From NCBI GenBank assembly GCA_964598235.1, contig CAZRAY010000003.1:77-64076 (forward strand): a stretch of DNA of 64,000 nucleotides, given 5' to 3'. The notes beneath the pieces are model-generated. The model had not been told where the DNA came from. It worked only from the letters and a program-made list of their open reading frames with translations, and did no database searches. Position 1 is the stretch's first letter. Each line of letters starts with the position of its first letter. Below, one piece after another: positions 18,970 through 33,344 of the stretch. The position numbers were made by a program, and so were the translations under genes. This DNA is from an uncultured Piscirickettsiaceae bacterium (lineage in GTDB: Bacteria > Pseudomonadota > Gammaproteobacteria > Nitrosococcales > Methylophagaceae).

Positions 18970-20259
18970 ATTCTTATATGTATTTATCTTGAGCTTAATC
19001 TCATCGGCAGTACAAGCTACGCCCAATATTGAGCAATGGCAAACAAGCAATGGCACGCGTGTTTATTTTGTTGCTGCAGTTGAATTACCGATGGTGGATG
19101 TGCAAATTATATTTGATGCAGGGGCTGCGCGGGATGGCACGCAAGCAGGTGTTGCATTGATGACGAATAGCATGTTGGCAGAAGGTGCAGGAAAAATGAC
19201 GGCGGATCAAATAGCGACCGCCTTTGATGATGTAGGCGCGCAGATATCATTTTCATCAGCGCGCGATATGGCTGTGGCCAGTTTACGAAGCATAACGGAT
19301 GCGGCGCCATTGAAATCAGCTTTAGCGACGTTTGAAGCGGTGTTGAATTCACCCACTTTCCCGGCGGATGCCTTAGCGCGGCAACGTAAGCAAATAGAAA
19401 TTGCGTTACGGGGTGAGAAGCAATCACCAAGGGCCTTATCAAGCCGTGCTTTTTATAAGGCATTGTATGGTTCGCATCCTTATGGGCATATGCCGATCGG
19501 GGATGAAACCTCCGTTGATGGCTTAACACGCGATAAATTATTGGCATATTATCAGCAATATTATGTGGGTAAAAATGCAGTTGTTGCTATTGTGGGCGCG
19601 GTGAGTCGTCAGCAAGCAGAGGCGATTGCTGAGCAATTAGTGGGGAATTTGCCAGCAGGAGAAGCAGTAGCAAGCTTGCCAGCAGTGGCGGCGCTAGAAA
19701 AAGCAGAAACGATTCACATCCCACATCCTGCCAGCCAAACGCATGTTGCGATGGGGCAACCAGGCATTAAACGAGGCGATAAAGATTATTTTGCTCTATA
19801 CGTAGGCAACCATATTTTAGGCGGCAGCAGTTTAGTTTCGTTGTTGAGTAATGAAGTGCGTGAAAAACGAGGCTTATCTTATAGTGTTTATAGCTATTTC
19901 AGGCCGATGCGTGAATTGGGCCCGTATCAATTTGGCTTGCAAACACGCAATGACCAAGCCGCAGAAGCCTTAAAAGTGATGCGAGATACGTTGGCTGATT
20001 TTATCAAACAAGGGCCAAGCGACGCTGAATTAATGGCTGCAAAAAGCAATATTACAGGTGGGTTTGCGTTAAAGCTTGCGAGTAACCGTAAGATTATTGA
20101 TCATTTGGGAATGATGGCTTTTTATAGCTTACCATTGGATTATTTGGAGTCATTTAAAGCGCAGGTCAATGCCGTTACTGCGGCGCAGGTTAAAGATGCC
20201 TTTGCGCGTCGCATAGATCCAGACAAAATGGTTACTATTTTGGTGGGTGGCGACCATAA

Positions 20260-20263
<4 letters not shown>
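18962..20263 (+). CDS. M16 family peptidase-like protein lacking HxxEH (non-catalytic partner)
   Basis: 433 aa with an M16 fold-like sequence and signal peptide. I found no HxxEH motif. Overlaps the upstream M16 gene by 8 nt. Confidence 0.8.
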
Positions 20264-21314
<1,051 letters not shown>

Positions 21315-21364
21315 AAACAGGGGTAACATTGCGTTATAATAAAGAAATAAAGATTGAAAATTGA

Positions 21365-21640
<276 letters not shown>

Positions 21641-21687
21641 TTTTACGGTACGTTTATCAATGTTTTAATCATGGAGAGGAAACACCT

Positions 21688-22593
21688 ATGTTTACACGTG
21701 TTGGGTTATTTGTAGCAACGAACTTTGCAGTATTGTTCGTATTAAATTTATTGATTAATATTTTAGGCCTGAATCAGCCTGGTATGAATTGGATGCCTAT
21801 GTTGATTATGGCCGGCGTTATGGGGTTTGCAGGCTCATTTATTTCATTATTGATGTCAAAATCAGCGGCGAAGCGTTCATCAGGTGCAGTGGTAATTGAT
21901 GTGCCTCAAAATGAAACGGAACAATGGTTGATAAGCACTGTGTCACGCCAAGCGGAGCAGGTGGGTATTGATATGCCCGAAGTGGCTATTTTTGAATCTT
22001 CAGCTCCTAATGCCTTTGCAACGGGCGCGAATAAAAATAAATCACTGGTCGCCGTGAGCACGGGGCTACTTGACACGATGACACGCGATGAAGCGGAAGC
22101 CGTGTTAGGCCATGAGATGAGTCATATCGCCAATGGCGATATGGTGACGTTATCGCTTATTCAGGGGGTGGTAAATACGTTTGTTATTGTATTAGCGCAA
22201 CTGATTTCAACGATGGTGGATAGACGCGGTAGAAGTGGGTATAACCAAACAGGTTATGGCTATGGCCGTGGCATTGGTTATCGGATGACGTATATGGCTG
22301 CGCAGTTTGTGTTGGGTTTCTTGGCGACTTTGATTGTGCGGTGGTTTAGTCGCTGGCGTGAATATCGCGCAGATGCAGGTGGCGCAGAATTAGCAGGAAC
22401 GGAGAAAATGATTAAAGCCTTGGAGAAATTACAGGTGATACAGCAACCGATTCAATTGCCAGCACAAATGCAGTCTATGGGGATTAATGATGGTGTATTG
22501 GGTGTGCTGGGGAAAAAACGGTTAATGATGACACATCCACCCTTGCATGATCGTATCCAAGCATTACGAGATAGCCAGAGTCTGCGTAATTAA
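21688..22593 (+). CDS. htpX: Membrane zinc metalloprotease HtpX
   Basis: N-terminal TM segments and an HExxH motif in LGHEMSHIANGD. 301 aa. Confidence 0.9.
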   Translation: MFTRVGLFVATNFAVLFVLNLLINILGLNQPGMNWMPMLIMAGVMGFAGSFISLLMSKSAAKRSSGAVVIDVPQNETEQWLISTVSRQAEQVGIDMPEVAIFESSAPNAFATGANKNKSLVAVSTGLLDTMTRDEAEAVLGHEMSHIANGDMVTLSLIQGVVNTFVIVLAQLISTMVDRRGRSGYNQTGYGYGRGIGYRMTYMAAQFVLGFLATLIVRWFSRWREYRADAGGAELAGTEKMIKALEKLQVIQQPIQLPAQMQSMGINDGVLGVLGKKRLMMTHPPLHDRIQALRDSQSLRN

Positions 22594-23948
22594 CCTTGAC
22601 GATCCAACTCTTCTAAGGGTAATTCAAAAAAATGATACGTATTTCGACCTGCTGATTTAGCTTGATACATCGCTTGGTCGGCGTGGCGGATTAATATATC
22701 GAGGTTCGCGTTATCAACTGGATATAAGGTGACGCCAAGTGAGGCACTGATATTGAGTGTGTGGTTTTTGACTAGATAGGGTTCAGAGAGTGCCCGTAAA
22801 ATGCGGATTAGCATTTGTTCACAATGTTCAATGGATTCAATATCAACCAGTAACATGGTAAATTCATCGCCACCTTGGCGAGACACCGTATCTTCTGCTC
22901 GGATATTGAGTTTAATTCGCTTAGCCACCTCAATGAGTAAGAAGTCTCCAATTTCGTGACCATACTGGTCATTGACCGGCTTGAAGTCATCTAAGTCTAA
23001 AAAACAGATGGCGAGTAAGGTTTTAGTGCGATTACAGCGTGCAATCGCGGGCCCAAAACGATCGGCAAATAAGGCGCGATTGGGTAATTGGGTTAATAGA
23101 TCATAGTGTGCCATCCGCTCTAACACTTGTTGGTGAGCTTTATCTTTCTCAACCATTCGTGCTAATTCGTGCGCAGTTTGTTTGTAGCGCAATAGGAGTG
23201 GAATCAAAATAGCTGCCAGCAGAATGGTAAAGGTGACGATACTAACGATAATTGATAGGGTACTTGTTGGCATGCCAGAAATTATTTTATCTGTTTGGAT
23301 TGGCGTAAAGTTAGCTGAAGCCATGGCGGTGTAATGCATCCCCGCGGTAGCAAAACCCATAACAAACGCACTAAAGAGCTGTTTTTTATTGAAAAATTGG
23401 TATGTGGCTTTTTCAGCCGCAGCGTGATGTGTTTTTAAAGCGATGGTAGCTAAGATAACGGCGATGATGAGTGAAAGATAAAAGAGTATTGTGCCGTGCA
23501 TCATGTTTGCATTTAACCGCATTGCCGCCATACCCATATAGTGCATTAACCCGATGCCAGCACCCAATAATAGGCCGCCGAACAACAGTCGATTACGACT
23601 ACAGGATTGATGATCATGGTTCAATAACCAGAAAACAGCACCACATGCACCAATAGCAGGGAGAACAGAGAGCAAAGTGAACTTGGCATCATAAGTGATT
23701 TGTACGGGGAGGCTAAGTGCTAGCATACCGACAAAATGCATCGCCCAAATACCCAGCCCCATCGCGACGGCACCAAATAGATTCCAGAGTGTTTCTATTG
23801 TTTTATTGGATGCGGAAAACGCGCGTTCAGAAATACCAAATGCGGTGAAGGAGGCAATAATAGAAATAACAATTGATAGCGTAACGAGCGGGATGCTATA
23901 GGCTTTGGCAAAAACGATATCGGGTAGAATAAAACTGTGGTCCATCAT
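22590..23948 (-). CDS. Diguanylate cyclase with N-terminal MHYT membrane sensor domain
   Basis: Three MHYT-type motifs in TM helices (AMHFVGM, LMHYMGM, GMHYTAM). The C-terminal GGDEF domain has an intact RQGGDEF. Confidence 0.85.
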   Translation of the reverse strand: MMDHSFILPDIVFAKAYSIPLVTLSIVISIIASFTAFGISERAFSASNKTIETLWNLFGAVAMGLGIWAMHFVGMLALSLPVQITYDAKFTLLSVLPAIGACGAVFWLLNHDHQSCSRNRLLFGGLLLGAGIGLMHYMGMAAMRLNANMMHGTILFYLSLIIAVILATIALKTHHAAAEKATYQFFNKKQLFSAFVMGFATAGMHYTAMASANFTPIQTDKIISGMPTSTLSIIVSIVTFTILLAAILIPLLLRYKQTAHELARMVEKDKAHQQVLERMAHYDLLTQLPNRALFADRFGPAIARCNRTKTLLAICFLDLDDFKPVNDQYGHEIGDFLLIEVAKRIKLNIRAEDTVSRQGGDEFTMLLVDIESIEHCEQMLIRILRALSEPYLVKNHTLNISASLGVTLYPVDNANLDILIRHADQAMYQAKSAGRNTYHFFELPLEELDRQG

Positions 23949-24066
23949 AGTCTTGTAAACTCTTACGCATTGTTTGGGATATGAACAGCAGGGTTAATGG
24001 TGGCATAAATATCAAACAAATGGAAGCAAACCACTGTTAGAGAGGCCGCTAATACGGTATCCTTAG

Positions 24067-26559
<2,493 letters not shown>

Positions 26560-26575
26560 TGAAATTTAGGAGTAA

Positions 26576-27070
26576 ATGATGCGTCAAACAGGATGGATAA
26601 TACTAGGATTGGGTTTGATATTTACGTCAGGCTGCGGTTTTCATTTGCGGGGTGCAGCAGATCTGCCAGACAGTATAAAAACGCTCTTTATCCAAGGTAT
26701 TGATTTATACCAAACACGTGGACGTGCCCTAAAAACAGGCTTAGAAAATAATGGTGTGACCGTGATGTCTCAATATAAGGCAGGACATGCCGTGATGACA
26801 GTGACTGAAAATGTTCAAGAACGCCGTGTATTGTCTGTGGGTGCGGATGCCAAAGTCAGTGAATATGAATTGTATGGTGCGATGCGATTTAGCATTAGTG
26901 ACGGTCAAGGTAAGGCGCTGCTTTCGCAACAGTTGGTTGAGTCACAGCGAGACTATCAATTCGATCAGAATCAGGTGTTAAGCGCAGATGAAGAAGAGCG
27001 TTTATTGCGTGAACAAATGGATCAGCAGCTCGTGCAAGCGGTATTGCGTAGGTTGTCGGCGCTTAAATAA
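26576..27070 (+). CDS. lptE: LPS assembly lipoprotein LptE
   Basis: Lipobox (IFTSGC) followed by GFHLRG. Position leuS-lptE-holA is as in E. coli. Confidence 0.85.
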   Translation: MMRQTGWIILGLGLIFTSGCGFHLRGAADLPDSIKTLFIQGIDLYQTRGRALKTGLENNGVTVMSQYKAGHAVMTVTENVQERRVLSVGADAKVSEYELYGAMRFSISDGQGKALLSQQLVESQRDYQFDQNQVLSADEEERLLREQMDQQLVQAVLRRLSALK

Positions 27071-27073
27071 ACC

Positions 27074-28099
27074 GTGAGAATCAATGCCGATCAATTAGAT
27101 GGACAGCTACAAGGCGCGTTATTGCCTGTTTATTTGGTGCATGGTGATGAAGGATTATTAGTCGAAGAAGCAAGTGATCTGATTCGACAAGCTGCACGCA
27201 TACAAGGTGCGAATGAGCGCCAAGTGTGGCATGTGGAAGGGCGTTTTAAATGGTCGGAAGTGGAATGGGAAGAGCAATCCATGTCGCTTTTCTCTAGCCG
27301 ACGATTACTAGAAATCCGACTCCCCACAGGAAAGCCTGGGAATGAGGGCGGTGAGGCATTGCGTGCTTATGCCAGCAATCCACCACCCGACACGACGTTA
27401 TTGATCATCAGTGGTAAAATTGATAGTCGCTCTCAAAAAGCAAAATGGTTTTCCGAGATAGATAAATTAGGTGCGAACACCCCTATCTGGCCTATTGATA
27501 CGGCGAAGCTACCACAGTGGCTTATGCAGCGGGCGCAAGCACGCGAGTTGAAGATGGATCGCGAGGTGGCCCTGATATTAGCCGAGCGGGTAGAAGGTAA
27601 TTTATTTGCGGCGGCACAAGAGATCGATAAGCTGACATTATTATGTAGCGATGGTCAGGTAGATGAAGCTGCTGTGCTAGAATCCGTGGGTGATAGTGCC
27701 CGATTTGAAGCCTTTGGCGTGATTGATACGGCATTTGCAGGCCAACCGGCAAAATTACCTAGAATGCTGTCAAAATTACGCGGTGAAGGGCTGGATATAT
27801 TAGCAGTTTTTTCCGGTATCTCATGGTCAGTGCATCGCGCGGTTGAAATGGCGATGGCAGTGGCAGCAGGTGCACAGGTGGAACAGGTCTTTTCCCAGCA
27901 TCGTATTTGGGATGCAAATAAACAAGTGATGAGGCAAGTATTAAATCGGCACTCAACTGAGCAGTGGCAAGGTTTTTTGCAACAGTTATCGCAGATTGAT
28001 CGGGCAGCAAAAGGTAATTTGAAAGCGTGTCCGTGGGAACTTTTACAAAGGCTTTGTTTACAAATTGCAGGTGTGGAGACGTTAGTCTTCAAAGAATAA
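27074..28099 (+). CDS. holA: DNA polymerase III delta subunit
   Basis: 341 aa with a HolA-like N-terminus (PVYLVHGDEGLLVEEASDLIRQ). Conserved position after lptE. GTG start. Confidence 0.85.
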   Translation: MRINADQLDGQLQGALLPVYLVHGDEGLLVEEASDLIRQAARIQGANERQVWHVEGRFKWSEVEWEEQSMSLFSSRRLLEIRLPTGKPGNEGGEALRAYASNPPPDTTLLIISGKIDSRSQKAKWFSEIDKLGANTPIWPIDTAKLPQWLMQRAQARELKMDREVALILAERVEGNLFAAAQEIDKLTLLCSDGQVDEAAVLESVGDSARFEAFGVIDTAFAGQPAKLPRMLSKLRGEGLDILAVFSGISWSVHRAVEMAMAVAAGAQVEQVFSQHRIWDANKQVMRQVLNRHSTEQWQGFLQQLSQIDRAAKGNLKACPWELLQRLCLQIAGVETLVFKE

Positions 28100-28114
28100 T
28101 GTAAGGAATTTAAA

Positions 28115-29371
28115 GTGGATATCAAGCAATACATGCAAACATTGGGTCAACAAGCGCGTGCGGCGAGCAGGGCTTTATCTCGTGCGGGCACCAATACCAA
28201 AAACCAAGCCTTGCAGGCGATTGCAGATGAAATTCGCAGTGCAGCAGCCACGCTGAAGGCTGAGAATGCATTGGATTTAGCCGCAGGCGAGAAAAAAGGC
28301 TTAGATGCAGCGTTATTAGATCGGCTCGCATTAACCGATGATCGCATTGAAGGCATAGCTGAAGGTTTGGAGCAAATTGCCGCTTTACCTGATCCTGTTG
28401 GCGAAATTAGCGATATGAATTATCGGCCTTCTGGCATTCAATTAGGCAAGATGCGGGTGCCATTGGGCGTGATTGGTATTATTTATGAATCGCGACCGAA
28501 TGTGACGGCAGATGCCGCTGGCTTGTGCTTGAAATCAGGCAATGCAACGATTTTGCGAGGTGGTAGTGAGGCGATACATTCTAATCAAGCGATTGCAGCG
28601 TGTATTCATCGCGGATTAAAATCAGTGGGCTTACCTGAGGCTGCAGTGCAAGTGGTGGAAACAACGGATCGTGCCGCTGTGGGTGAGCTGATTACCATGT
28701 CTGACTATGTGGATGTGATTGTACCGCGTGGTGGTAAAGGCCTAATTGAGCGTATTAGCAATGATGCTCGTGTGCCTGTTATCAAGCATTTGGATGGGAT
28801 CTGCCATGTATATATTGATGCGGATGCCGATTTAGTGATGGCTACTAATATTGCATTTAATGCAAAATGTCATCGTTATGGTGTGTGCAATGCGATGGAA
28901 ACCTTATTGGTGGATGCAAAAGTGGCCGCTGAAATATTACCGGTATTGGCAACGCGTTATGAAGCGGAAGGCATTGAATTACGAGGCTGCGAGAAAACAC
29001 GTGCAATTTTATCGAATATCAATGCAGCGACGGATGAAGATTGGGCAACAGAATATTTGGCGCCTATTTTGTCTATTCGTATCGTTGACGGTGTGGATGC
29101 GGCAATGGACCATATTGCTGAATATAGCTCGGGCCATACTGAAACCATTGTGACGGAAAATTATGCCCGTTCTCGTCGTTTTCTTGCAGAGGTTGATTCG
29201 AGCTCGGTGATGGTGAATGCATCAACGCGGTTTGCGGATGGTTTTGAATATGGTTTGGGTGCGGAAATTGGTATTTCTACCGATAAAATCCATGCCCGTG
29301 GGCCAGTGGGGCTTGAAGGTTTAACCTCGCAAAAATGGATTGTATTGGGAACGGGCCAAATTAGACAATAA
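28115..29371 (+). CDS. proA: Gamma-glutamyl phosphate reductase
   Basis: 418 aa with an aldehyde dehydrogenase fold and catalytic Cys context ([11 protein letters not shown]). proA-nadD adjacency is as in Pseudomonas. Confidence 0.92.
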   Translation: MDIKQYMQTLGQQARAASRALSRAGTNTKNQALQAIADEIRSAAATLKAENALDLAAGEKKGLDAALLDRLALTDDRIEGIAEGLEQIAALPDPVGEISDMNYRPSGIQLGKMRVPLGVIGIIYESRPNVTADAAGLCLKSGNATILRGGSEAIHSNQAIAACIHRGLKSVGLPEAAVQVVETTDRAAVGELITMSDYVDVIVPRGGKGLIERISNDARVPVIKHLDGICHVYIDADADLVMATNIAFNAKCHRYGVCNAMETLLVDAKVAAEILPVLATRYEAEGIELRGCEKTRAILSNINAATDEDWATEYLAPILSIRIVDGVDAAMDHIAEYSSGHTETIVTENYARSRRFLAEVDSSSVMVNASTRFADGFEYGLGAEIGISTDKIHARGPVGLEGLTSQKWIVLGTGQIRQ

Positions 29372-29374
29372 ATA

Positions 29375-30001
29375 ATGGCATCCGCAATTGGCATTCTAGG
29401 GGGCACATTTGACCCCATCCATTTTGGACATCTCCGGCCAGCATTAGATGTGGCGGAACAGTTCGGTCTGGCAGAAATCCGATTGATTCCTTCTGCGAGA
29501 CCACCACATCGTGGTCAACCACAAGCCACGCCCGAGCAGCGTTTAGCCATGCTTGAATTGGCAGTAGCAGGGAATGATACTTTTGTTATTGATGATTGTG
29601 AACTGCATCGAACAGGGAAATCTTATACGATTGATACCTTAACGAGCTTGCGCCAAGAATATCCTGATAGTGCGCTTTACTTGTTATTAGGCACGGATGC
29701 TTTTCATGGCTTACCAACATGGCATCGTTGGCAGGAATTGCTCGATTTTGCCCATATTATTGTGATGACACGACCCGGTGAAACGGCACACATGCCGACT
29801 GCATTGGCAGACTGGGAGATAAAAAAACCAAGTGATGTCAATTCCACACAGTTAGTGGGCAATATCTATCGCTGTGATGTGAGCCAATTAGCGATTTCAG
29901 CCACTCAAATTCGACGTTTATTGGCAGAAAATAAAAGCCCACAATTTTTATTGCCGGCAACCGTTTTAGCGTATGCCAAGGAAGAAAGAATTTATCTGTA
30001 A
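29375..30001 (+). CDS. nadD: Nicotinate-nucleotide adenylyltransferase
   Basis: GILGGTFDPIHFGHL motif. 208 aa. Confidence 0.92.
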   Translation: MASAIGILGGTFDPIHFGHLRPALDVAEQFGLAEIRLIPSARPPHRGQPQATPEQRLAMLELAVAGNDTFVIDDCELHRTGKSYTIDTLTSLRQEYPDSALYLLLGTDAFHGLPTWHRWQELLDFAHIIVMTRPGETAHMPTALADWEIKKPSDVNSTQLVGNIYRCDVSQLAISATQIRRLLAENKSPQFLLPATVLAYAKEERIYL

Positions 30002-30044
30002 TAATTGGGTGAATCACTCGTCTAGCTTGTTTACATGAAAAGGA

Positions 30045-32156
30045 ATGCTGATGGCTGAGAAAGCGTATCTGAGAACCCCCAGCCTGGCAGGCGATGATAT
30101 TGAAATAAAACGCCAAGAAATTGCTAATTATTTTAATGCAACGTTTGACCATTATGAATCCTTATTTAAAACATTAAGAAGTGATGAATCCTATTATCAA
30201 CAGCCGATCCCGCTGCGCCATCCACTGATTTTCTACTATGGGCATACCGCTACTTTTTTCATCAACAAACTGCTGTTATCAGGATTAATCAATGAACGGG
30301 TGAATCCGCAATTTGAGTCTATGTTTGCTATTGGGGTGGATGAGATGGGTTGGGACGATCTTAATCCGATACATTACGAATGGCCAAGTGTTGTTGAGGT
30401 GAAAGCGTATCGACAGCAAGTTAAGCAGCTTATTAATCGATTGATAAGTGATGCGCCTCTGACACTGCCTATTGAATGGAATCATCCTTGGTGGACCATT
30501 ATGATGGGGATTGAGCATGAGCAGATCCATATTGAAACTTCATCGGTATTGATCCGACAACAAGCATTAGATTTGGTGCAAAACTATCCTGAATGGCAAC
30601 CTTGGAAGAAAACAGGCTCGCCGCCGCAGAATAATTTGGTCACGATTCCAGCTGGCAAGGTAGATATTGCAAAGTCGGATGATGCCTATTATGGCTGGGA
30701 TAATGAATATGGATCGCATCAAGCAGATGTGAGCCAATTTGAAACCAGCCAATTCCTAGTGAGCAATCATGAGTTTCTTGCATTCGTTGAATCGGGTGAT
30801 TACCAAGCAGATGAATATTGGGAAGATGAAGGACAGAAATGGCGACAGTTTACAGAATCGACAGCGCCAAATTTTTGGATTAAATCCAGCGTAGGCTGGC
30901 AATTACGGTTAATGACTGAAGTGATTGAGATGCCTTGGGATTGGCCTGTTGAAACTAATTATCATGAAGCAAAATCTTTTTGTAATTGGAAGGCAAAACA
31001 AACGGGCTTAGCGATTCGCTTACCAACAGAAGATGAATGGAATCGACTCTATGATGTTGTAGGGGGAGCAGCATTAGAAAAGGGTCAACAGGCAGCGGCA
31101 AATCTGCATCATGACTATGGCGCTTCGCCTTGCCCTGTGAATGAATTTGCGCAAGGTGATTGTTATGATGTGGTCGGCAATGTGTGGCAATGGACAGAGA
31201 CAGCGATTTACCCATTTGAGGGCTTTAAAGTACACCCCTATTATGATGACTTCACAATGCCTACCTTTGATGGACGACATAATCTATTTAAAGGCGGCTC
31301 ATGGATTGCCTGTGGCAATGAAACTCGGCAAACAGCCCGTTATGCGTTTAGACGGCATTTTTTCCAACATGCAGGTTTTCGTTATGTTGTGGCCGCACCG
31401 CTTGAGGAACAAATAATGTCGAATTATGAAACCGATAAGATGCTCTCTGAATATGCAGAATTTCATTATGGCGAGCAATATTTTGATGTGCCTAATTTTC
31501 CACAAGCACTGGCAACATTAGCTATTGAAGCGATGGGGGATAACCCTGCACGCAAAGCATTAGATATCGGTTGTGCGGTTGGGCGTGCGAGTTTTGAATT
31601 AGCCAAATATTTTGATGCCGTGACTGGGATTGATTTCTCTGCCAGATTAATTACACTGGGTATGCAACTCGCTAATCAGGAATCGATTCGGTATAGGCTG
31701 GTGGTAGAAGGTGAGTTGGCAGATTATCGGGCGCGAAATTTAGCTGATCTGGGCTTGGCCGATATTGCAGATAAAGTTGAATTCTTACAGGGAGACGCAT
31801 GTAATCTTAAAGCCCATTTTACGGGATACGATTTAGTGCTGGCCGCGAATTTAATTGATAGACTCTATGATCCTGCTTTATTTCTCTCGACGATTCATCA
31901 GCGACTTAATCAGGGTGGCTTATTGCTGATAGCCTCGCCCTATACGTGGCTAACAGAACATACCGATAAAGATAAGTGGGTGGGCGGCTTGAAAAAAGAT
32001 GGTGAAAACGTCACCACTTTGGAAGGGCTGAAAGCATTATTATCACCCCACTTTGAGTTAGTGAAAGGGCCTGTTTTGGTGCCTTTTGTGATCAGGGAAA
32101 CAGCTCGAAAATTCCAACATACCTTATCTGAAACAACGATTTGGCAAAAGAAATAG
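30045..32156 (+). CDS. ovoA: 5-histidylcysteine sulfoxide synthase / 4-mercaptohistidine N-methyltransferase (OvoA)
   Basis: 703 aa in three domains: a DinB-like N-terminus (FYYGHTATFF; iron motif HEQIHIE, nt 30516-30536), an FGE-sulfatase-like centre, and a C-terminal SAM methyltransferase (ALDIGCAVGRASFEL). Confidence 0.85.
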   Translation: MLMAEKAYLRTPSLAGDDIEIKRQEIANYFNATFDHYESLFKTLRSDESYYQQPIPLRHPLIFYYGHTATFFINKLLLSGLINERVNPQFESMFAIGVDEMGWDDLNPIHYEWPSVVEVKAYRQQVKQLINRLISDAPLTLPIEWNHPWWTIMMGIEHEQIHIETSSVLIRQQALDLVQNYPEWQPWKKTGSPPQNNLVTIPAGKVDIAKSDDAYYGWDNEYGSHQADVSQFETSQFLVSNHEFLAFVESGDYQADEYWEDEGQKWRQFTESTAPNFWIKSSVGWQLRLMTEVIEMPWDWPVETNYHEAKSFCNWKAKQTGLAIRLPTEDEWNRLYDVVGGAALEKGQQAAANLHHDYGASPCPVNEFAQGDCYDVVGNVWQWTETAIYPFEGFKVHPYYDDFTMPTFDGRHNLFKGGSWIACGNETRQTARYAFRRHFFQHAGFRYVVAAPLEEQIMSNYETDKMLSEYAEFHYGEQYFDVPNFPQALATLAIEAMGDNPARKALDIGCAVGRASFELAKYFDAVTGIDFSARLITLGMQLANQESIRYRLVVEGELADYRARNLADLGLADIADKVEFLQGDACNLKAHFTGYDLVLAANLIDRLYDPALFLSTIHQRLNQGGLLLIASPYTWLTEHTDKDKWVGGLKKDGENVTTLEGLKALLSPHFELVKGPVLVPFVIRETARKFQHTLSETTIWQKK

Positions 32157-32171
32157 GATTGAAGAAATAGT

Positions 32172-33344
32172 ATGGCAACAGACTTTGACCAAATAATAGA
32201 ACGAGCGGGTTCAGCCAGCCTCAAATATGATGCCCGCAAGGCCTATTTTGGAACGGAAGATGTGGTGCCGCTTTGGGTGGCTGATATGGATTTTGCAACG
32301 GCGCCGGTTGTATCTAATGCATTGAACCAACGTGCCGCGCATCCACTTTATGGCTACACGCTCTTTCCCGATAGCTTGTTTACGGCCATGCAGAATTGGT
32401 TTGAGCAGCGGCATGATTGGAAAATTGATCGAAAATCAATTTTAATGTGTCCGGGTGTGGTGCCGTCGATGCATGCCACGATTGAAGCGCTCTCTAAGCC
32501 AGGCGATAAAATTATCGTGCAACCGCCGATCTATCCACCCTTTTTCTCAGCGGTCACTGAAACAGGGCGTACATTGGTCGAAAACCCGCTTAAATTAGTA
32601 GCAGGGGGTTACCAGATAGATTTTGACCACCTTGAGCAATGTGCTGCTGCATCTGGCGCCAAGCTATTGCTATTATGTTCACCGCATAACCCTGTGGGCA
32701 GGGTGTGGCAACGATCAGAATTAGAAGATCTTTTAGAGATTGCCCGTCGGTATGATATTACGATTATTTCCGATGAAATTCATGCGGACTTAATTTATCC
32801 GGATTATCAACATATTCCATTGGCAACGCTGGCGGACGATGTGGCGATTATTACGGCTGTCTCACCAAGCAAAACCTTTAATATCCCAGGCTTAGGCTTG
32901 TCGAGTTTAGTGACGACGAACCGTACACATTGGCAAGCGATTAAAAAAGTATTGGATGGCTGGCATGTGAGTGCGAGTAACCCGTTCAGCGTAACGGCGT
33001 TTGAGGCGGCGTATCAAGGGGGCGCAGCATGGTTGGATGAACTCATGGCGTATCTCGATGAAACACGGCGACAGGTAGTAATGTTTGTTGAAGATGCATT
33101 ACCAGAAATTCAATTAATTCAACCCGAAGGCACCTACTTATTGTGGCTAGATTGCCGCGAAATGGGGTTGGATGATGCGGCATTAAAGGCCTTTTTTATT
33201 CACGAGGCCAAAGTCGGAATGAATCCTGGTATGAGTTTTGGCGAGGTGGGAAGTGGTTTTATGCGGATAAATATCGCTGCGCCACGTTCAGTGGTGATGG
33301 CAGCTTGTAACGCGATTAAAACAGCTTTATTAGCAAGGCAATAA
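32172..33344 (+). CDS. PLP-dependent C-S lyase, MalY/PatB family (OvoB-like)
   Basis: 390 aa class I/II aminotransferase fold with PLP-lysine motif SPSKTFNIPGL. It lies 15 nt downstream of ovoA. Confidence 0.8.
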   Translation: MATDFDQIIERAGSASLKYDARKAYFGTEDVVPLWVADMDFATAPVVSNALNQRAAHPLYGYTLFPDSLFTAMQNWFEQRHDWKIDRKSILMCPGVVPSMHATIEALSKPGDKIIVQPPIYPPFFSAVTETGRTLVENPLKLVAGGYQIDFDHLEQCAAASGAKLLLLCSPHNPVGRVWQRSELEDLLEIARRYDITIISDEIHADLIYPDYQHIPLATLADDVAIITAVSPSKTFNIPGLGLSSLVTTNRTHWQAIKKVLDGWHVSASNPFSVTAFEAAYQGGAAWLDELMAYLDETRRQVVMFVEDALPEIQLIQPEGTYLLWLDCREMGLDDAALKAFFIHEAKVGMNPGMSFGEVGSGFMRINIAAPRSVVMAACNAIKTALLARQ

